64,000 bases of DNA from Flavobacteriaceae bacterium (GTDB lineage Bacteria; Bacteroidota; Bacteroidia; Flavobacteriales; Flavobacteriaceae), in assembly GCA_049115635.1 (NCBI GenBank), contig JAGDZT010000002.1, positions 366,568 to 430,567 on the forward strand. The letters are read 5' to 3'. The translations under genes and the position numbers were made by a program. The notes beneath the pieces are model-generated. The model was not told where the DNA came from. It saw nothing but the letters and a program-made list of their open reading frames with translations, and did not search any database. Of this stretch, positions 38,349 through 49,124 are shown piece by piece (within the stretch, counting starts at the first letter, position 1; every line of letters starts with the position of its first letter).

Positions 38349-39800
38349 CTACTTAACCTTTTTACCTATAGCATTAGAATATCTAACTCCTGAAATGTTG
38401 CCATCTTCAAGACGGAAAGTATAATAGACACCAGATTGTTTATTAAAAAATTTGTTATCTTCTTCGGGGAGCAACTGTATTATTCTATCTCCGAAAGGAC
38501 CACCTGTGAAATCTAGCCCATTACCATCTTCATTTATAACTAAAGTAGCATCACCATATTTTCCGAAGTTGTAAGTTCCTTGAAACTTTGAAATTTTATC
38601 TACAGTTTGTTCTCTTATAATTCTTGTTCTAGGGGATACTCCAGGTAAGTTGTATTCTTGAACAATACTTAATAGCACTTCTCTAAAAATAGTACGACTG
38701 TTATCAGAATTTACCATAATTACATATGCTACTGGATGATTTTTCCAACCTACTATTTGAGCTCTAAAACCTTTGTCAGCTCCAAAGTGAACAAAGGTGT
38801 GGTCTTCAACAACAATACCTAAGCCATAACTATCAGTGCTAACTGTAAGCATTTCATTTATTGTGTTCGCTTTTAATAACCCGTCTTGTTGTGATTGATA
38901 AACTTGCATAACCTCTTTTGCCCACATCACTAATTGAGAGGGAGTAGTCCATAGCCCTGCTGCTGCCATTTCTGGATATACATGCCACTTTCCTTTAACT
39001 TCAGACCCGTCAGAATAATGACCGGTAGCTGCTATGTTATGATACTTTTCAGGAAGTGGATTTTCATAAGTACTTTTTGTCATGCCCAAAGGATTCAGTA
39101 TATCTTCTTGCATAATATCTGAAAATTGTTTTTGCTCAATATCTGAAATCATTTGTTGCATTATGGTATAGCCTCCACCAGAGTATCGCCAACTTTCTCC
39201 TGGCTTTTTGTAAACGCGAACAGAATCTGTATTTCCTTTACCATCTAAGATCTCAGCAGTAGTTGGAATATTCTTTCCTCTTTCATAACCCGGAAACCCC
39301 CAGACTGTTAAACCAGACGAGTGATCTAATATCCTACGGGTCGTTACTTTTTCTTCAGTCGTAAACTTATTATCAGGCAATTTCCAGTTTACTAAATAGT
39401 CGTTAATATTGGCATCTAAATCAAGAGCTCCATTTTCATAAAGCTGAAGAGCTTTTGTGGCAGCCACAGGTTTACTTATGGATCCAGCTTGGAACATGGT
39501 CTCAGTAGTCACCTTGCGATTCTCGGTAGAATCTGCAATTCCATATCCTTTAGCCCATTCAATTAACCCATTATTGATTACCGCAATACTTAGCCCTGTA
39601 ACTCCCAATTCTTTCATTCGGTCTTCAATATTATAATTTTGTATTTCTTGAATACTGTCTTTATGTATTTGAACATTGGGTTGAAGGCCATTTTCTAGCC
39701 TAAAAACTCTTTCTTCTAAAAGTTGTTTGTCTTTTTTGGATGTATTAGAGCAGTTGATTAAGATGAAAAGGATGGGCAGGTATAAGAAGAGTTTTTTCAT
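38349..39800 (-). CDS. Serine hydrolase (beta-lactamase class C/S12 family), lipoprotein
   Basis: GSISKP (SxxK), LDHSSG, YSGGG, AAAGLW; lipobox LINC. Confidence 0.92.
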   Translation of the reverse strand: MKKLFLYLPILFILINCSNTSKKDKQLLEERVFRLENGLQPNVQIHKDSIQEIQNYNIEDRMKELGVTGLSIAVINNGLIEWAKGYGIADSTENRKVTTETMFQAGSISKPVAATKALQLYENGALDLDANINDYLVNWKLPDNKFTTEEKVTTRRILDHSSGLTVWGFPGYERGKNIPTTAEILDGKGNTDSVRVYKKPGESWRYSGGGYTIMQQMISDIEQKQFSDIMQEDILNPLGMTKSTYENPLPEKYHNIAATGHYSDGSEVKGKWHVYPEMAAAGLWTTPSQLVMWAKEVMQVYQSQQDGLLKANTINEMLTVSTDSYGLGIVVEDHTFVHFGADKGFRAQIVGWKNHPVAYVIMVNSDNSRTIFREVLLSIVQEYNLPGVSPRTRIIREQTVDKISKFQGTYNFGKYGDATLVINEDGNGLDFTGGPFGDRIIQLLPEEDNKFFNKQSGVYYTFRLEDGNISGVRYSNAIGKKVK

Positions 39801-39872
39801 TATAGATTGAGTTTAGTTTCAATCTAATGACAAGCGGACTGTATAATTTGTTACAGTTTTTATGTTTTTACT

Positions 39873-40484
39873 TTATATTTTTAATACAGCACCAATATTA
39901 AAACTCATATAAAAATTCTTCCCCTTTCTTTGTTCAGTAGTGTCTGTTAATCCAATTAGATTAGAATTTTCAACAACGATTAAAAATTTAGGTGATATTT
40001 TAAACTCATATCCAATGCCTCCGTTAATTCCAAATTGAGTAGAATTCGCCAAGTTATTTATATCAACAAGCCCATTTCCGTCATTGTAATTTGCTTTAGC
40101 ACTGGTTAAAAATCCAATACCTATTCCATAATTCACGTACCAGTTTCGTTTTGTTCCGAAATAATAATTCATAGTCAGAGGAATAGTGATATAATTTGTT
40201 CTTTCGGAATATTCGTTTGTAAAAATTAAAAAATCAACATTATTAGTCCCCATTTTTTGATATAGCAAACCTGTGCGTACACTCCATCTATTATTAAGAA
40301 AGTAATTTCCATAAATTCCAAACTGAACTCCCGAAACAGATGTTGAGTTCATAAGGAAAGAATTTAATTGGTAAGAAGTACTATAGCCAATAATCGGTGT
40401 TAATTCGATATTTCCTTTTTCTCTCGTTTGACCATTGCACCATAAACTACTTAACAATAGTCCAAAGCAAATTAAATGTTTCAT
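39873..40484 (-). CDS. Outer-membrane beta-barrel (porin family) protein
   Basis: Signal peptide; alternating aromatic/Gly strands (GLLY.KMG, YITIPL, GIGY.F). Confidence 0.85.
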   Translation of the reverse strand: MKHLICFGLLLSSLWCNGQTREKGNIELTPIIGYSTSYQLNSFLMNSTSVSGVQFGIYGNYFLNNRWSVRTGLLYQKMGTNNVDFLIFTNEYSERTNYITIPLTMNYYFGTKRNWYVNYGIGIGFLTSAKANYNDGNGLVDINNLANSTQFGINGGIGYEFKISPKFLIVVENSNLIGLTDTTEQRKGKNFYMSFNIGAVLKI

Positions 40485-40526
40485 ATTTTATTTTTCAGTA
40501 CGCTTAAAATACTTTTTAGATATTAG

Positions 40527-43500
40527 CTATTCATGACAACTACATGTAGGGGTAGTAAAGCTCATTGTCTTTACATTAAAAGGAACCCCTTGGTTATACT
40601 TTCCGTTTTCCCAATAGAATTTTGTTCTTTTTTTGTCGTAGTTTCCTATTTCGTTCATGGTAGAGATGTCATATAAACGGCCATTTACCATGGTATGGGT
40701 AATGCTATTAGAATTACGAATGTTCTCTAATGGGTTTTTATCGAGTATAATTAAATCTGCCAATTTGCCTTCGACTAAAGAACCTAATTCATCTCCCACA
40801 CCAATATATTCTGCCCCATTAATCGTTGCTGCTTTTAAAGCCTCTAAATTAGACATGCCTCCCTGTTGTAGCATCCATAATTCCCAATGCGCGCCCAAGC
40901 CTTGTAACTGTCCATGTGCACCTAAATTAACTTTTACACCTAATTTAGAAAGATCTGTTACCGTTCTAGAGGTTAACATGTGTCCATTGTAATATTCCTC
41001 ATCTGGAATCATAGTCCTATGACGTGAACGTCCATCTACTACATGTCTTGGCGTGTACTTTAAAAGTGTTTTATTTTCCCAAACATTGCTATTCTGATAA
41101 AAGAAAAACTCACCATTCATACCTCCATAATTCACAATTAGCGTAGGCGTATATCCAGTCTGGCTATTTTTCCAAAGAGATAAAACATCTTTGTACACTG
41201 GGTTTACAGGAATATTATGTTCAATACCCGTATGGCCATCAAAAATCATACTCATATTGCCATAAAAATTAGAACCTCCTTCTGGAACTACATTAACACC
41301 CAACTCTCTTGCGGCTTGCATAATTTGCTGACGCTGATCTCTTCTTGGTTGATTATAACTCTTTACAGATTTAGCACCAAATGCTTTGGTTCTTTCAATC
41401 GCAAAACGTGCATCGTCTAAGTTGTTTACTACCGCTTTAAAATCACCTTCGGCACCGTATAGGATAAATCCAGTAGAGAATAATCTTGGACCAACTGTGG
41501 CACCGCTACGTTGCAATTCTTCTAAAGTAAATGCGGCCTGAGTATGTACAGATGGATCGTGAGAAGTAGTCACTCCAAAAGCTAAATTCGCATAGAATTG
41601 CCAGTGTTTCTGAGTACTCAATCCATTTCTAAAAGCACCAACATGTGCATGTACATCTACAATACCTGGCATGATGGTTTTACCCTTCATGTCGTATACT
41701 TTAGCATCAGCAGGAACCGTAATGCTATTTGAAGCCCCAATTTTTTCAATCTTGTTTTTATACACGATAATCGTTCCTTTTTCTATCACCTTATCGTTAT
41801 CCATGGTAATCAAACGCGCGTTCGTAAATGCTACTCTTCCGTCTGGAACATCAGTAGCCACTTCTAAATTAATTGCGATACTTGTGGCATCTGTAGAAGC
41901 TAAATTTGTTTTTGCAAATGGATCTGTAGTATTGTTAACAACATCTTTTGTAAAATAAGCACCTCCTAAGGTCCAATGGACTTGTTTATTACTTGCGGCC
42001 CAATGCAGGTTGATACCAGCTTTTTTTGACAAGCTCTCTACCTTAAAAGATTTGGTATTTGCATCAATATTAATTTCTTTCCCATTATGTATAAAAGGAG
42101 CAACATATACTTTGTGTAAATGAATAATTGCTACCCACTTATTATCAGGGCTAGGGACAATTCTGTTTGCTAACTTAGATTTGAAATGAGTTTTTTCATC
42201 TTTTCCATTTAGGTCAACGCTTTTTAAACGCTTGGTTAAGTTTCCAAAGAATGAGCCTCCCGTTTGAAAGAAGAGACGTTTGTCATTTGCCGAAAACATT
42301 GGGAATTCACCGCCCTCAGAAATTAGTTTAGGATAGGAACCTGTATAACTCATTATGTAGATTCCTGTTTTTTTTGTGTAATCAAAACCTTGATCTCCAT
42401 TTCCGCCTTGTTTTCTGTATGCAATTTTACTTCCCGAATGGTCATAGACTGGAGTTCTATATATTCCTCGTTCTTTGGTGAGTTTTTGTAAGCTAGAACC
42501 GTTTAAATTAACCTTATAAATGGCACCTAAATTCTCATCGTTCCAAGTAACAAACAATACAGATTTTCCATCAGGAGAAAAACTTGGGTCCGCCTCAAAA
42601 TCGGTTAGTTTTGTAATTCTTGTAGGAGTTCCGTTTGGCAAACTTTTTTTATAGATATGTCCTAAAGATGTAAAGATGATTGTTTTTCCGTCTGGTGAAG
42701 TTTTGGCATCTTTAATCATTTTAGAGTTAAATTTCTCGGTAAAAACTTTTCGTTTTACACGATGTGTTTCCGCAAGTTTGATATCCGTATCAACCTGAAA
42801 AGGAATGTTAGTTACCATTTTAGAATCTAGATTGATGTTATGAATTTTTCCAGCACTCCAGAACACAATGTCTTTATTATTTGGCATCCAGCTAAAATGA
42901 GGATATACCCCAAAAACTGCCCAAGCCTCCTGTTGATCTTTATCTAACTCACGGTATATAGGTGTTTCTTCTCCAGTTTCTAAGTTGTGAATATATAAGA
43001 CTGTTTTTTCTCGAAGTCTTTTTATAAAAGCTAATAATTTTCCATCTCTTGAAACTACGGGTCTTGCTGCTCCTCCTGGTCCTCCTGTAATTCTTTTTAT
43101 TCTTCCTGTTTTAAAATCATATCTATTAATCACATAAATCTGTTTGTTAGGGTCTTTGTTATACTGAAAAAAACCTCCAGGATACATATCTTCTGCATAG
43201 TACAAATATTTTCCATCTGGAGAAACCGATGGGTCATTTACATCTTGTTGGTCATTTTTTCGTTTTGTCAACTGTAAACCAGCACTGCTAGAAAATGCAT
43301 ATTGCCACATTTCTCCTGCACCAACAGAACGTTGTGAGGTATAATGTTTACGAGCAATTAACGATTTGCCATCAGGTGTCCATACCGCATTGTTAAGAAG
43401 ACGGTACTTTTCTTTGGTAATAGACTTTGCATTTTTTCCATCAGCAGTCATAACCCAAATATTATTTCCACCTTCCAAATCACTTGTAAAAGAAATGTAT

Positions 43501-43811
43501 TTTCCATTTGGACTAAATCGTGGTTGCACTTCATAGGCTAAACCTGTTCTTAAAGGAGTGGCTTTCCCTCCAGTAATAGGCATAGAATAAATATCACCTA
43601 ACATATCAAAGACAATAGTTTTTCCGTCTGGACTCACATCTAAGTTCATCCATGTGCCTTCTTCAGTTTGTAAATTAAAAGTTTTGTATTTCCAGTCTTT
43701 ATGAGGATTGTTTACATCCCATTTGGTTTTTTTCTTGGCTTCTTTTTTTTGAGAAAAGATAGCTGTAGGAAATATAAAAAGGAGTACTAGCGTAAGAAGT
43801 GTATGCTTCAT
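40527..43811 (-). CDS. Amidohydrolase with TolB/PD40 beta-propeller
   Basis: Repeated SPDGK motifs; MPGIVDVHAH and ADLIILD amidohydrolase motifs; signal peptide. Confidence 0.92.
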   Translation of the reverse strand: MKHTLLTLVLLFIFPTAIFSQKKEAKKKTKWDVNNPHKDWKYKTFNLQTEEGTWMNLDVSPDGKTIVFDMLGDIYSMPITGGKATPLRTGLAYEVQPRFSPNGKYISFTSDLEGGNNIWVMTADGKNAKSITKEKYRLLNNAVWTPDGKSLIARKHYTSQRSVGAGEMWQYAFSSSAGLQLTKRKNDQQDVNDPSVSPDGKYLYYAEDMYPGGFFQYNKDPNKQIYVINRYDFKTGRIKRITGGPGGAARPVVSRDGKLLAFIKRLREKTVLYIHNLETGEETPIYRELDKDQQEAWAVFGVYPHFSWMPNNKDIVFWSAGKIHNINLDSKMVTNIPFQVDTDIKLAETHRVKRKVFTEKFNSKMIKDAKTSPDGKTIIFTSLGHIYKKSLPNGTPTRITKLTDFEADPSFSPDGKSVLFVTWNDENLGAIYKVNLNGSSLQKLTKERGIYRTPVYDHSGSKIAYRKQGGNGDQGFDYTKKTGIYIMSYTGSYPKLISEGGEFPMFSANDKRLFFQTGGSFFGNLTKRLKSVDLNGKDEKTHFKSKLANRIVPSPDNKWVAIIHLHKVYVAPFIHNGKEINIDANTKSFKVESLSKKAGINLHWAASNKQVHWTLGGAYFTKDVVNNTTDPFAKTNLASTDATSIAINLEVATDVPDGRVAFTNARLITMDNDKVIEKGTIIVYKNKIEKIGASNSITVPADAKVYDMKGKTIMPGIVDVHAHVGAFRNGLSTQKHWQFYANLAFGVTTSHDPSVHTQAAFTLEELQRSGATVGPRLFSTGFILYGAEGDFKAVVNNLDDARFAIERTKAFGAKSVKSYNQPRRDQRQQIMQAARELGVNVVPEGGSNFYGNMSMIFDGHTGIEHNIPVNPVYKDVLSLWKNSQTGYTPTLIVNYGGMNGEFFFYQNSNVWENKTLLKYTPRHVVDGRSRHRTMIPDEEYYNGHMLTSRTVTDLSKLGVKVNLGAHGQLQGLGAHWELWMLQQGGMSNLEALKAATINGAEYIGVGDELGSLVEGKLADLIILDKNPLENIRNSNSITHTMVNGRLYDISTMNEIGNYDKKRTKFYWENGKYNQGVPFNVKTMSFTTPTCSCHE

Positions 43812-43897
43812 GGTTGATTTGTTTTAAAAAGATGAGATAAATATAAGCGTTTAATTTTATTCCGTTTAATTTGTAAATTCGTAGAAGACATAAAAAA

Positions 43898-45520
43898 ATG
43901 ATAATACAAGGAAAGATAGTTGATATTTTAAATAGACAAATTTTTAAAGGCGAGTTAGTACTTAAAAATGGAAAGATTGTAGAGTTACGCAAGTCAGATC
44001 ATAATATCGAACATTTTATTCTTCCTGGATTTATAGATGCACATATTCATATTGAAAGCTCGATGTTAGTCCCATCTGAGTTTGCAAAAATTGCGGTAAC
44101 ACATGGTACTGTAGCTACGGTTTCTGACCCTCATGAAATAGCAAATGTATTAGGTGTTGCTGGTGTTGATTTTATGATTGAAAATGGAAAAAAAGTGCCA
44201 CTAAAATTTAATTTTGGAGCACCTTCTTGTGTGCCTGCAACTTCCTTTGAAAGTGCTGGAGCTATTATTGATTCTGATGATATTCAAAAGATGATGTCGA
44301 ACCCAGATATTAAATATTTAGCTGAAATGATGAATTACCCTGGGGTTTTATTTGATGATGAAGAGGTGATGAAGAAAATAGCTTGGGCTAAGCATTATCA
44401 AAAACCTATAGATGGTCATGCGCCAGGTGTACGAGGCAATGATATTACCAAATATATTGGAGCTGGAATTTCTACAGACCATGAGTGTTTTACTTATGAT
44501 GAAGCTTTAGAAAAGTTGCAAAAAGGAATGAAGGTAATTATTAGAGAGGGTAGTGCAGCTAAAAACTTTGATGCTTTAATAAATTTACTCCCTGAGTATT
44601 ACGAACGTATGATGTTCTGTTCTGATGATAAACATCCAGACGATTTATTGTTAGGACATATCAATCAGTTATGTGCTAGAGCAGTTGCCAAAGGAGTAGA
44701 TGTTTTTAAAGTATTGCAAGCAGCTTGTATTAATCCAGTAAAACATTATAAGTTGGATGTTGGTTTGCTGCAAGTAGATGATATTGCAGATTTTGTTGTT
44801 GTAAATAATCTACAAGATTTCAATGTTTTGCAAACCTATATTGATGGTAAATTGGTTGCTGAAAAAGGAGTGTCTTTTGTTAAGCATGTAGATTTTGAAG
44901 TGTTGAATAACTTTAATACAAGTAAAAAGAGGGTATCTGATTTTGAGTTTCATTCAGCTTCAGAAAAAATCAGAGTGATTGAGGCTTTGGATGGAGAATT
45001 GGTTACTAATGAGATTGAATGTGATTCTTTAATAATGGACGGTAACTTAGTTTCAAATATAGCACAGGATATTTTAAAGATGACAGTCGTTAATCGTTAC
45101 CATAATTCTGAACCTTCAATTGCATTTATCAAAAACTTCGGAATAAAAGAAGGCGCTATTGCAAGTTCTGTAGGACACGATTCTCATAACATTATTGCGG
45201 TAGGGGTTTCTGATGAGATGATTTGCAAAGCTGTAAATCTAATTATTGAAAACAAAGGAGGTGTTTGTGCTGTAAATGATAGTGCTGAAAAGATTGTTTC
45301 TCTTCCAGTAGCAGGAATTATGAGTGACCAGTCTGCTAAAGAAATAGGGAGATTATACGCTGAGCTGGATAAGATGGCTAAAGAAATGGGAAGTACATTA
45401 CGAGCTCCATATATGACTTTGTCTTTTATGGCACTGCTAGTTATTCCTTCTTTAAAATTAAGTGATAAAGGGTTGTTTAACGGAAATGCTTTTACATTTA
45501 CTTCTTTAGAAATCAAATAG
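43898..45520 (+). CDS. ade: Adenine deaminase
   Basis: [41 protein letters not shown]. Confidence 0.96.
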   Translation: MIIQGKIVDILNRQIFKGELVLKNGKIVELRKSDHNIEHFILPGFIDAHIHIESSMLVPSEFAKIAVTHGTVATVSDPHEIANVLGVAGVDFMIENGKKVPLKFNFGAPSCVPATSFESAGAIIDSDDIQKMMSNPDIKYLAEMMNYPGVLFDDEEVMKKIAWAKHYQKPIDGHAPGVRGNDITKYIGAGISTDHECFTYDEALEKLQKGMKVIIREGSAAKNFDALINLLPEYYERMMFCSDDKHPDDLLLGHINQLCARAVAKGVDVFKVLQAACINPVKHYKLDVGLLQVDDIADFVVVNNLQDFNVLQTYIDGKLVAEKGVSFVKHVDFEVLNNFNTSKKRVSDFEFHSASEKIRVIEALDGELVTNEIECDSLIMDGNLVSNIAQDILKMTVVNRYHNSEPSIAFIKNFGIKEGAIASSVGHDSHNIIAVGVSDEMICKAVNLIIENKGGVCAVNDSAEKIVSLPVAGIMSDQSAKEIGRLYAELDKMAKEMGSTLRAPYMTLSFMALLVIPSLKLSDKGLFNGNAFTFTSLEIK

Positions 45521-45522
45521 TT

Positions 45523-46026
45523 TTATCGATTTGTAAATAAACTAATTTCTTCTTCCTCTACGTTAAGCTTAATGTATTTTTGAAAACGAAAACCTAGTTT
45601 TTTTAAGAGCTTATGCGAATTGTCATTGTCGTTATTAGCAATGGCTAAAACAGTAGTGAACTTTAATTTTTCTGTACCATAAAATAATAAAGCTTGAGTG
45701 CTCTCTAAGGCATAACCTTTATTTCTTCCTTTTGGTAGAAAAGCAAAACCAATATCAACAAATTCTAAGTCATCTCTATCAACAAAACCAGAGATGCCTA
45801 GAGACTCATCGGTATTTTTATCAACAACTTTATAAAACCCAAACCCCCAATTTTTATAGCTTGGAATAAGCCTTTCGGTTAAATAATTTTCAGCATCTTG
45901 TAGGGTGTGAATTTTTCTATCTCCAATAAATCGCTTCCAATCTTTATCATTCATCAACTGAAAGATAAAAGGTGCGTCATTCACAGATAGTTCTGTAATT
46001 AAGAGACGTCTTGTTTCTAAAATCAT
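45523..46026 (-). CDS. GNAT N-acetyltransferase (RimJ/RimL-like)
   Basis: ETRRL, DIGFAFL, GYALE, LLKKLGF. Confidence 0.9.
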   Translation of the reverse strand: MILETRRLLITELSVNDAPFIFQLMNDKDWKRFIGDRKIHTLQDAENYLTERLIPSYKNWGFGFYKVVDKNTDESLGISGFVDRDDLEFVDIGFAFLPKGRNKGYALESTQALLFYGTEKLKFTTVLAIANNDNDNSHKLLKKLGFRFQKYIKLNVEEEEISLFTNR

Positions 46027-46196
46027 AACAAAATATTAGCAGAATAAAAATAGCAGAATTTTGCGAAAATTCAACTATTCTTAATGATAGATTTTATTTT
46101 TATTTTTTTCATAATATAACGGGCTGATTATTCATTTCTTTTTAACGATTTATTTTATAGTTATCTCTACATTTATCTGCTTAAAGTTTAGGCAAA

Positions 46197-47204
46197 ATGA
46201 AATACCCAAAAAGAGTAGTTGTAGGAGATATAACGGTAAGAGATGGATATCAGCATGAAGAAAAGTTTATCCCTACAGAAGCAAAGTTATGGATGCTAGA
46301 ACAGTTATTATTAAGTGGCTTTAAAAACATTGAGGTGACTAATTTTGGAAATCCTAAAGGAATGCCTCAATTTTCTGATGCCGACATTTTATTTAAAAAA
46401 ATTAGAACCTCTAAAAAAGTAGCTCATTTATTAGAGGAAGCTTGCTTGACGGCAATTACCATAAGAGAGAAATCTGTAGAAAGAGCAATACAAGCCAAGT
46501 TAGAAGGCTATGGTCCAGATAGAATTTTACTGATGGTTTCTACAAGTGAGTCTCATCATAAAAAGAATTCTGGATTATCTTTAAAAGAATATTGGAAAAT
46601 GGCCGAGCAGGAGATTAAAAAAGCTCATGATGCCGGAATTAAAGTAAACGGAACAGTAAGTACCATTTGGGGATGCCCAATAGAAGGACCTACAGATTTA
46701 AATAAAGCAATTGACTTTACACAAAGATGGTTTGATATTGGAGCAGATGATGTAGAGCATGCAGACCATGATGGTTCTGCTTCGCCAGATAGAGTATATC
46801 AATATTATTCTATGCTTCAAGAGAAAGTAGGAATGACAGACAAGCAGATTGTACATTTTCATACCACCAGAGGATGGGGAATGGCAAATGTTTTGGCTGC
46901 TTTACAAGCAGGAATGACACATTATGAATCTACAATGGGAGGTATTGGAGGTCAGCCAGCAAACTTCGTAGATGGGATACCAGTTTCTGGTACAGGTTCT
47001 TATTATTATAAAGACCCTAATTTAGTAGGATTGGTTTCTACTGAAGATTTAGTAGTAATGATGGATGAAATGGGTATTGAAACCAATTTAGATATTGATA
47101 AAGTACTAGAAGTTGGTGAAATGAACGAGCGAATTGTTGGCAGAAGATTACGCTCTGAAGCCATAAAAAATGGACGTATTCCTAAATCTTTAACAGGGAG
47201 ATAA
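46197..47204 (+). CDS. HMG-CoA lyase-like DRE-TIM metallolyase
   Basis: TVRDGYQHE, GCP, HFHTTRG, GGIGG, STEDL. Confidence 0.85.
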   Translation: MKYPKRVVVGDITVRDGYQHEEKFIPTEAKLWMLEQLLLSGFKNIEVTNFGNPKGMPQFSDADILFKKIRTSKKVAHLLEEACLTAITIREKSVERAIQAKLEGYGPDRILLMVSTSESHHKKNSGLSLKEYWKMAEQEIKKAHDAGIKVNGTVSTIWGCPIEGPTDLNKAIDFTQRWFDIGADDVEHADHDGSASPDRVYQYYSMLQEKVGMTDKQIVHFHTTRGWGMANVLAALQAGMTHYESTMGGIGGQPANFVDGIPVSGTGSYYYKDPNLVGLVSTEDLVVMMDEMGIETNLDIDKVLEVGEMNERIVGRRLRSEAIKNGRIPKSLTGR

Positions 47205-47252
47205 TTTGTTGTGTTCTCAGAATAACTGTATCATTGTACCTCTAAATTATCG

Positions 47253-47834
47253 ATGATGAGTTTACTAATAGAGTTACAAAATAGAAGCGGAAATAAATGT
47301 GAATTTTGCGCTACTACTATCGGCTTAAGTATTTATGAAGTTCCACCAATTTCTACAGGCGGAGTAGATGGAAGTGTTTTAACTTGTGCTACTTGTAAAG
47401 ATCAAATCGAAAACCCTGACAATACCGATGTAAATCATTGGAGATGTTTAAACGATGCTATGTGGAGCGAATATAGCGCTGTAAAAGTAGTTGCTTGGAG
47501 AATGCTATCTAGATTAAAGTCTGAGAGTTGGCCACAAGATTTATTAGATATGATATATTTAGAAGAGGATGATCTACGTTTTGCTCAAGCTACTGGAGAA
47601 GGTCTAGATGAAAGTGAAAAAATTATTCATAGAGATGTAAACGGAACTATTTTAGAAGCTGGCGATTCTGTAGTACTTATTAAAGACTTAAAAGTAAAAG
47701 GTTCTAGTATGATTGCAAAGCAAGGAACCGCAGTTCGTAGAATTTCTTTAGATCATGACAACGCTAAATATATAGAAGGAAAGGTTGGAGCTACACAGAT
47801 TGTAATTATTACAGAATACGTTAAAAAGATCTAG
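47253..47834 (+). CDS. PhnA/YjdM-domain zinc-ribbon protein
   Basis: CEFC..CATC; D.NG..LEAGDSV.LIKDLKVKG. Confidence 0.9.
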   Translation: MMSLLIELQNRSGNKCEFCATTIGLSIYEVPPISTGGVDGSVLTCATCKDQIENPDNTDVNHWRCLNDAMWSEYSAVKVVAWRMLSRLKSESWPQDLLDMIYLEEDDLRFAQATGEGLDESEKIIHRDVNGTILEAGDSVVLIKDLKVKGSSMIAKQGTAVRRISLDHDNAKYIEGKVGATQIVIITEYVKKI

Positions 47835-48935
47835 TTATAATAACTTTTGTTGCTTTTTAAAAAAGGCATCTGCTTGTAATTGCATCAATTCATTTGCTTT
47901 TTGACGCTTGTAATTATACAATTCTTCATCTTCTTTTAAATCAGTATATACTTTGCTATTTACAACAACATCCGTTTGTAACATAACCTCTCGTTGCTGT
48001 ACTTTTTGAGCTACCCAAGTTCTTACAGCTGTCTCTTCATCTTCTAGTTTATAATCATATTCACCTTTAGGAGAGATAAGCTTTGCAAAAATAGGAGAGG
48101 TTTCAATGGCTAGAAATAATAGAAAAATAAAAAATGAGGGAAGCCATGGTAATTTTCCTAAAGCGTTAATTCTAGCCATAAAACCATCAAAATTTGAAAT
48201 AATTGGTTGTGTAGTTAGCTCAGTTTTTTTCTGATCAGATTGGAGTTGTGCAATAGCAATTTCATTATTTTTTATTTTTTCAGCATTTTTCTGCTTTAAC
48301 TGATTTAGTTCTAATAAAGCGGCATCATGTTTCTCTCTTTTTTCTTTGTAAACAGGCCCTTTGCCTAGCAATAGAGTTCCTTTTCTCCCTTCTGCTTCAG
48401 AAATGTAAGTTTCGTATAAATCATTAACTTCTTTTTCTTTAACAGTAATTTCTGTTTTAAGTGCAGCAATACCATTATTTAACTTTGTAATTTCTGGTTC
48501 AAACTGTTTTGCTATTTGATCTTTGTTCTCTAGTGTCATTTGATTTTTCTCCGTTAGCAATACTTGATTAATTTCTTTTTCAAATATTTTCAACTCTAGA
48601 GGTTTAGAGATAACCATCGCTATAATTAAGGCTAAAATAATTCTAGGAGTTGCTTGTAGAAACTCTTTCCATTTTGAATCTTGTTTTTTAATAGTCGAAA
48701 CTATATATCTGTCTAAATTAAAGATAAGAAGCCCCCAAATTAATCCAAAAAACACAGCAGTGTATGCATTGTCAAAAACAGTATATAAAGCATAACTGGC
48801 AGCTAGTGTAGCCATAATAGCAGTAAAGAATACTGTGGCTCCAATGCCTACATATTTATTTTGCTCACCGTTAGAGCAGTTTGTAATTAAGTTTTGGTCA
48901 GCACCAGAGCAAAGGAGAAAGAATTTTTTAAGCAC
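47835..48935 (-). CDS. DUF4407 membrane/coiled-coil protein
   Basis: IFNLDRYIV, PRIILA, KPLELKIF, EAEG..GT...G.GP, IET.P; GTG start. Confidence 0.88.
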   Translation of the reverse strand: MLKKFFLLCSGADQNLITNCSNGEQNKYVGIGATVFFTAIMATLAASYALYTVFDNAYTAVFFGLIWGLLIFNLDRYIVSTIKKQDSKWKEFLQATPRIILALIIAMVISKPLELKIFEKEINQVLLTEKNQMTLENKDQIAKQFEPEITKLNNGIAALKTEITVKEKEVNDLYETYISEAEGRKGTLLLGKGPVYKEKREKHDAALLELNQLKQKNAEKIKNNEIAIAQLQSDQKKTELTTQPIISNFDGFMARINALGKLPWLPSFFIFLLFLAIETSPIFAKLISPKGEYDYKLEDEETAVRTWVAQKVQQREVMLQTDVVVNSKVYTDLKEDEELYNYKRQKANELMQLQADAFFKKQQKLL

Positions 48936-49006
48936 AAGAATCTATTTTGGGATTGGTTATAAAGCTATAACGTGCTTGTAGATAATTTGTTACTTAATAA
49001 AAAGTT

Positions 49007-49048
49007 AAAAACACAATCTCTGGTGTGTATTAGAGATTGTGTTTTTTT
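49007..49048 (-). terminator. Intrinsic terminator
   Basis: aaaaacacaatctct / agagattgtgttttt 15-bp inverted repeat. Confidence 0.85.
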
Positions 49049-49124
49049 AAAACTGAGAAAAAACTAAATTATAATTATTTTAATAACGACTATAAGATGT
49101 ATTTTATTATGCTTTAATTCTATT

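Noticed and set aside
38349-39800. True beta-lactamase resistance gene
   Set aside because: Generic S12 hydrolase with a C-terminal extension; the substrate cannot be inferred and it is not linked to BlaI/BlaR1
47253-47834. Phosphonate catabolism (phosphonoacetate hydrolase)
   Set aside because: This is the zinc-ribbon PhnA/YjdM family; no phn operon present
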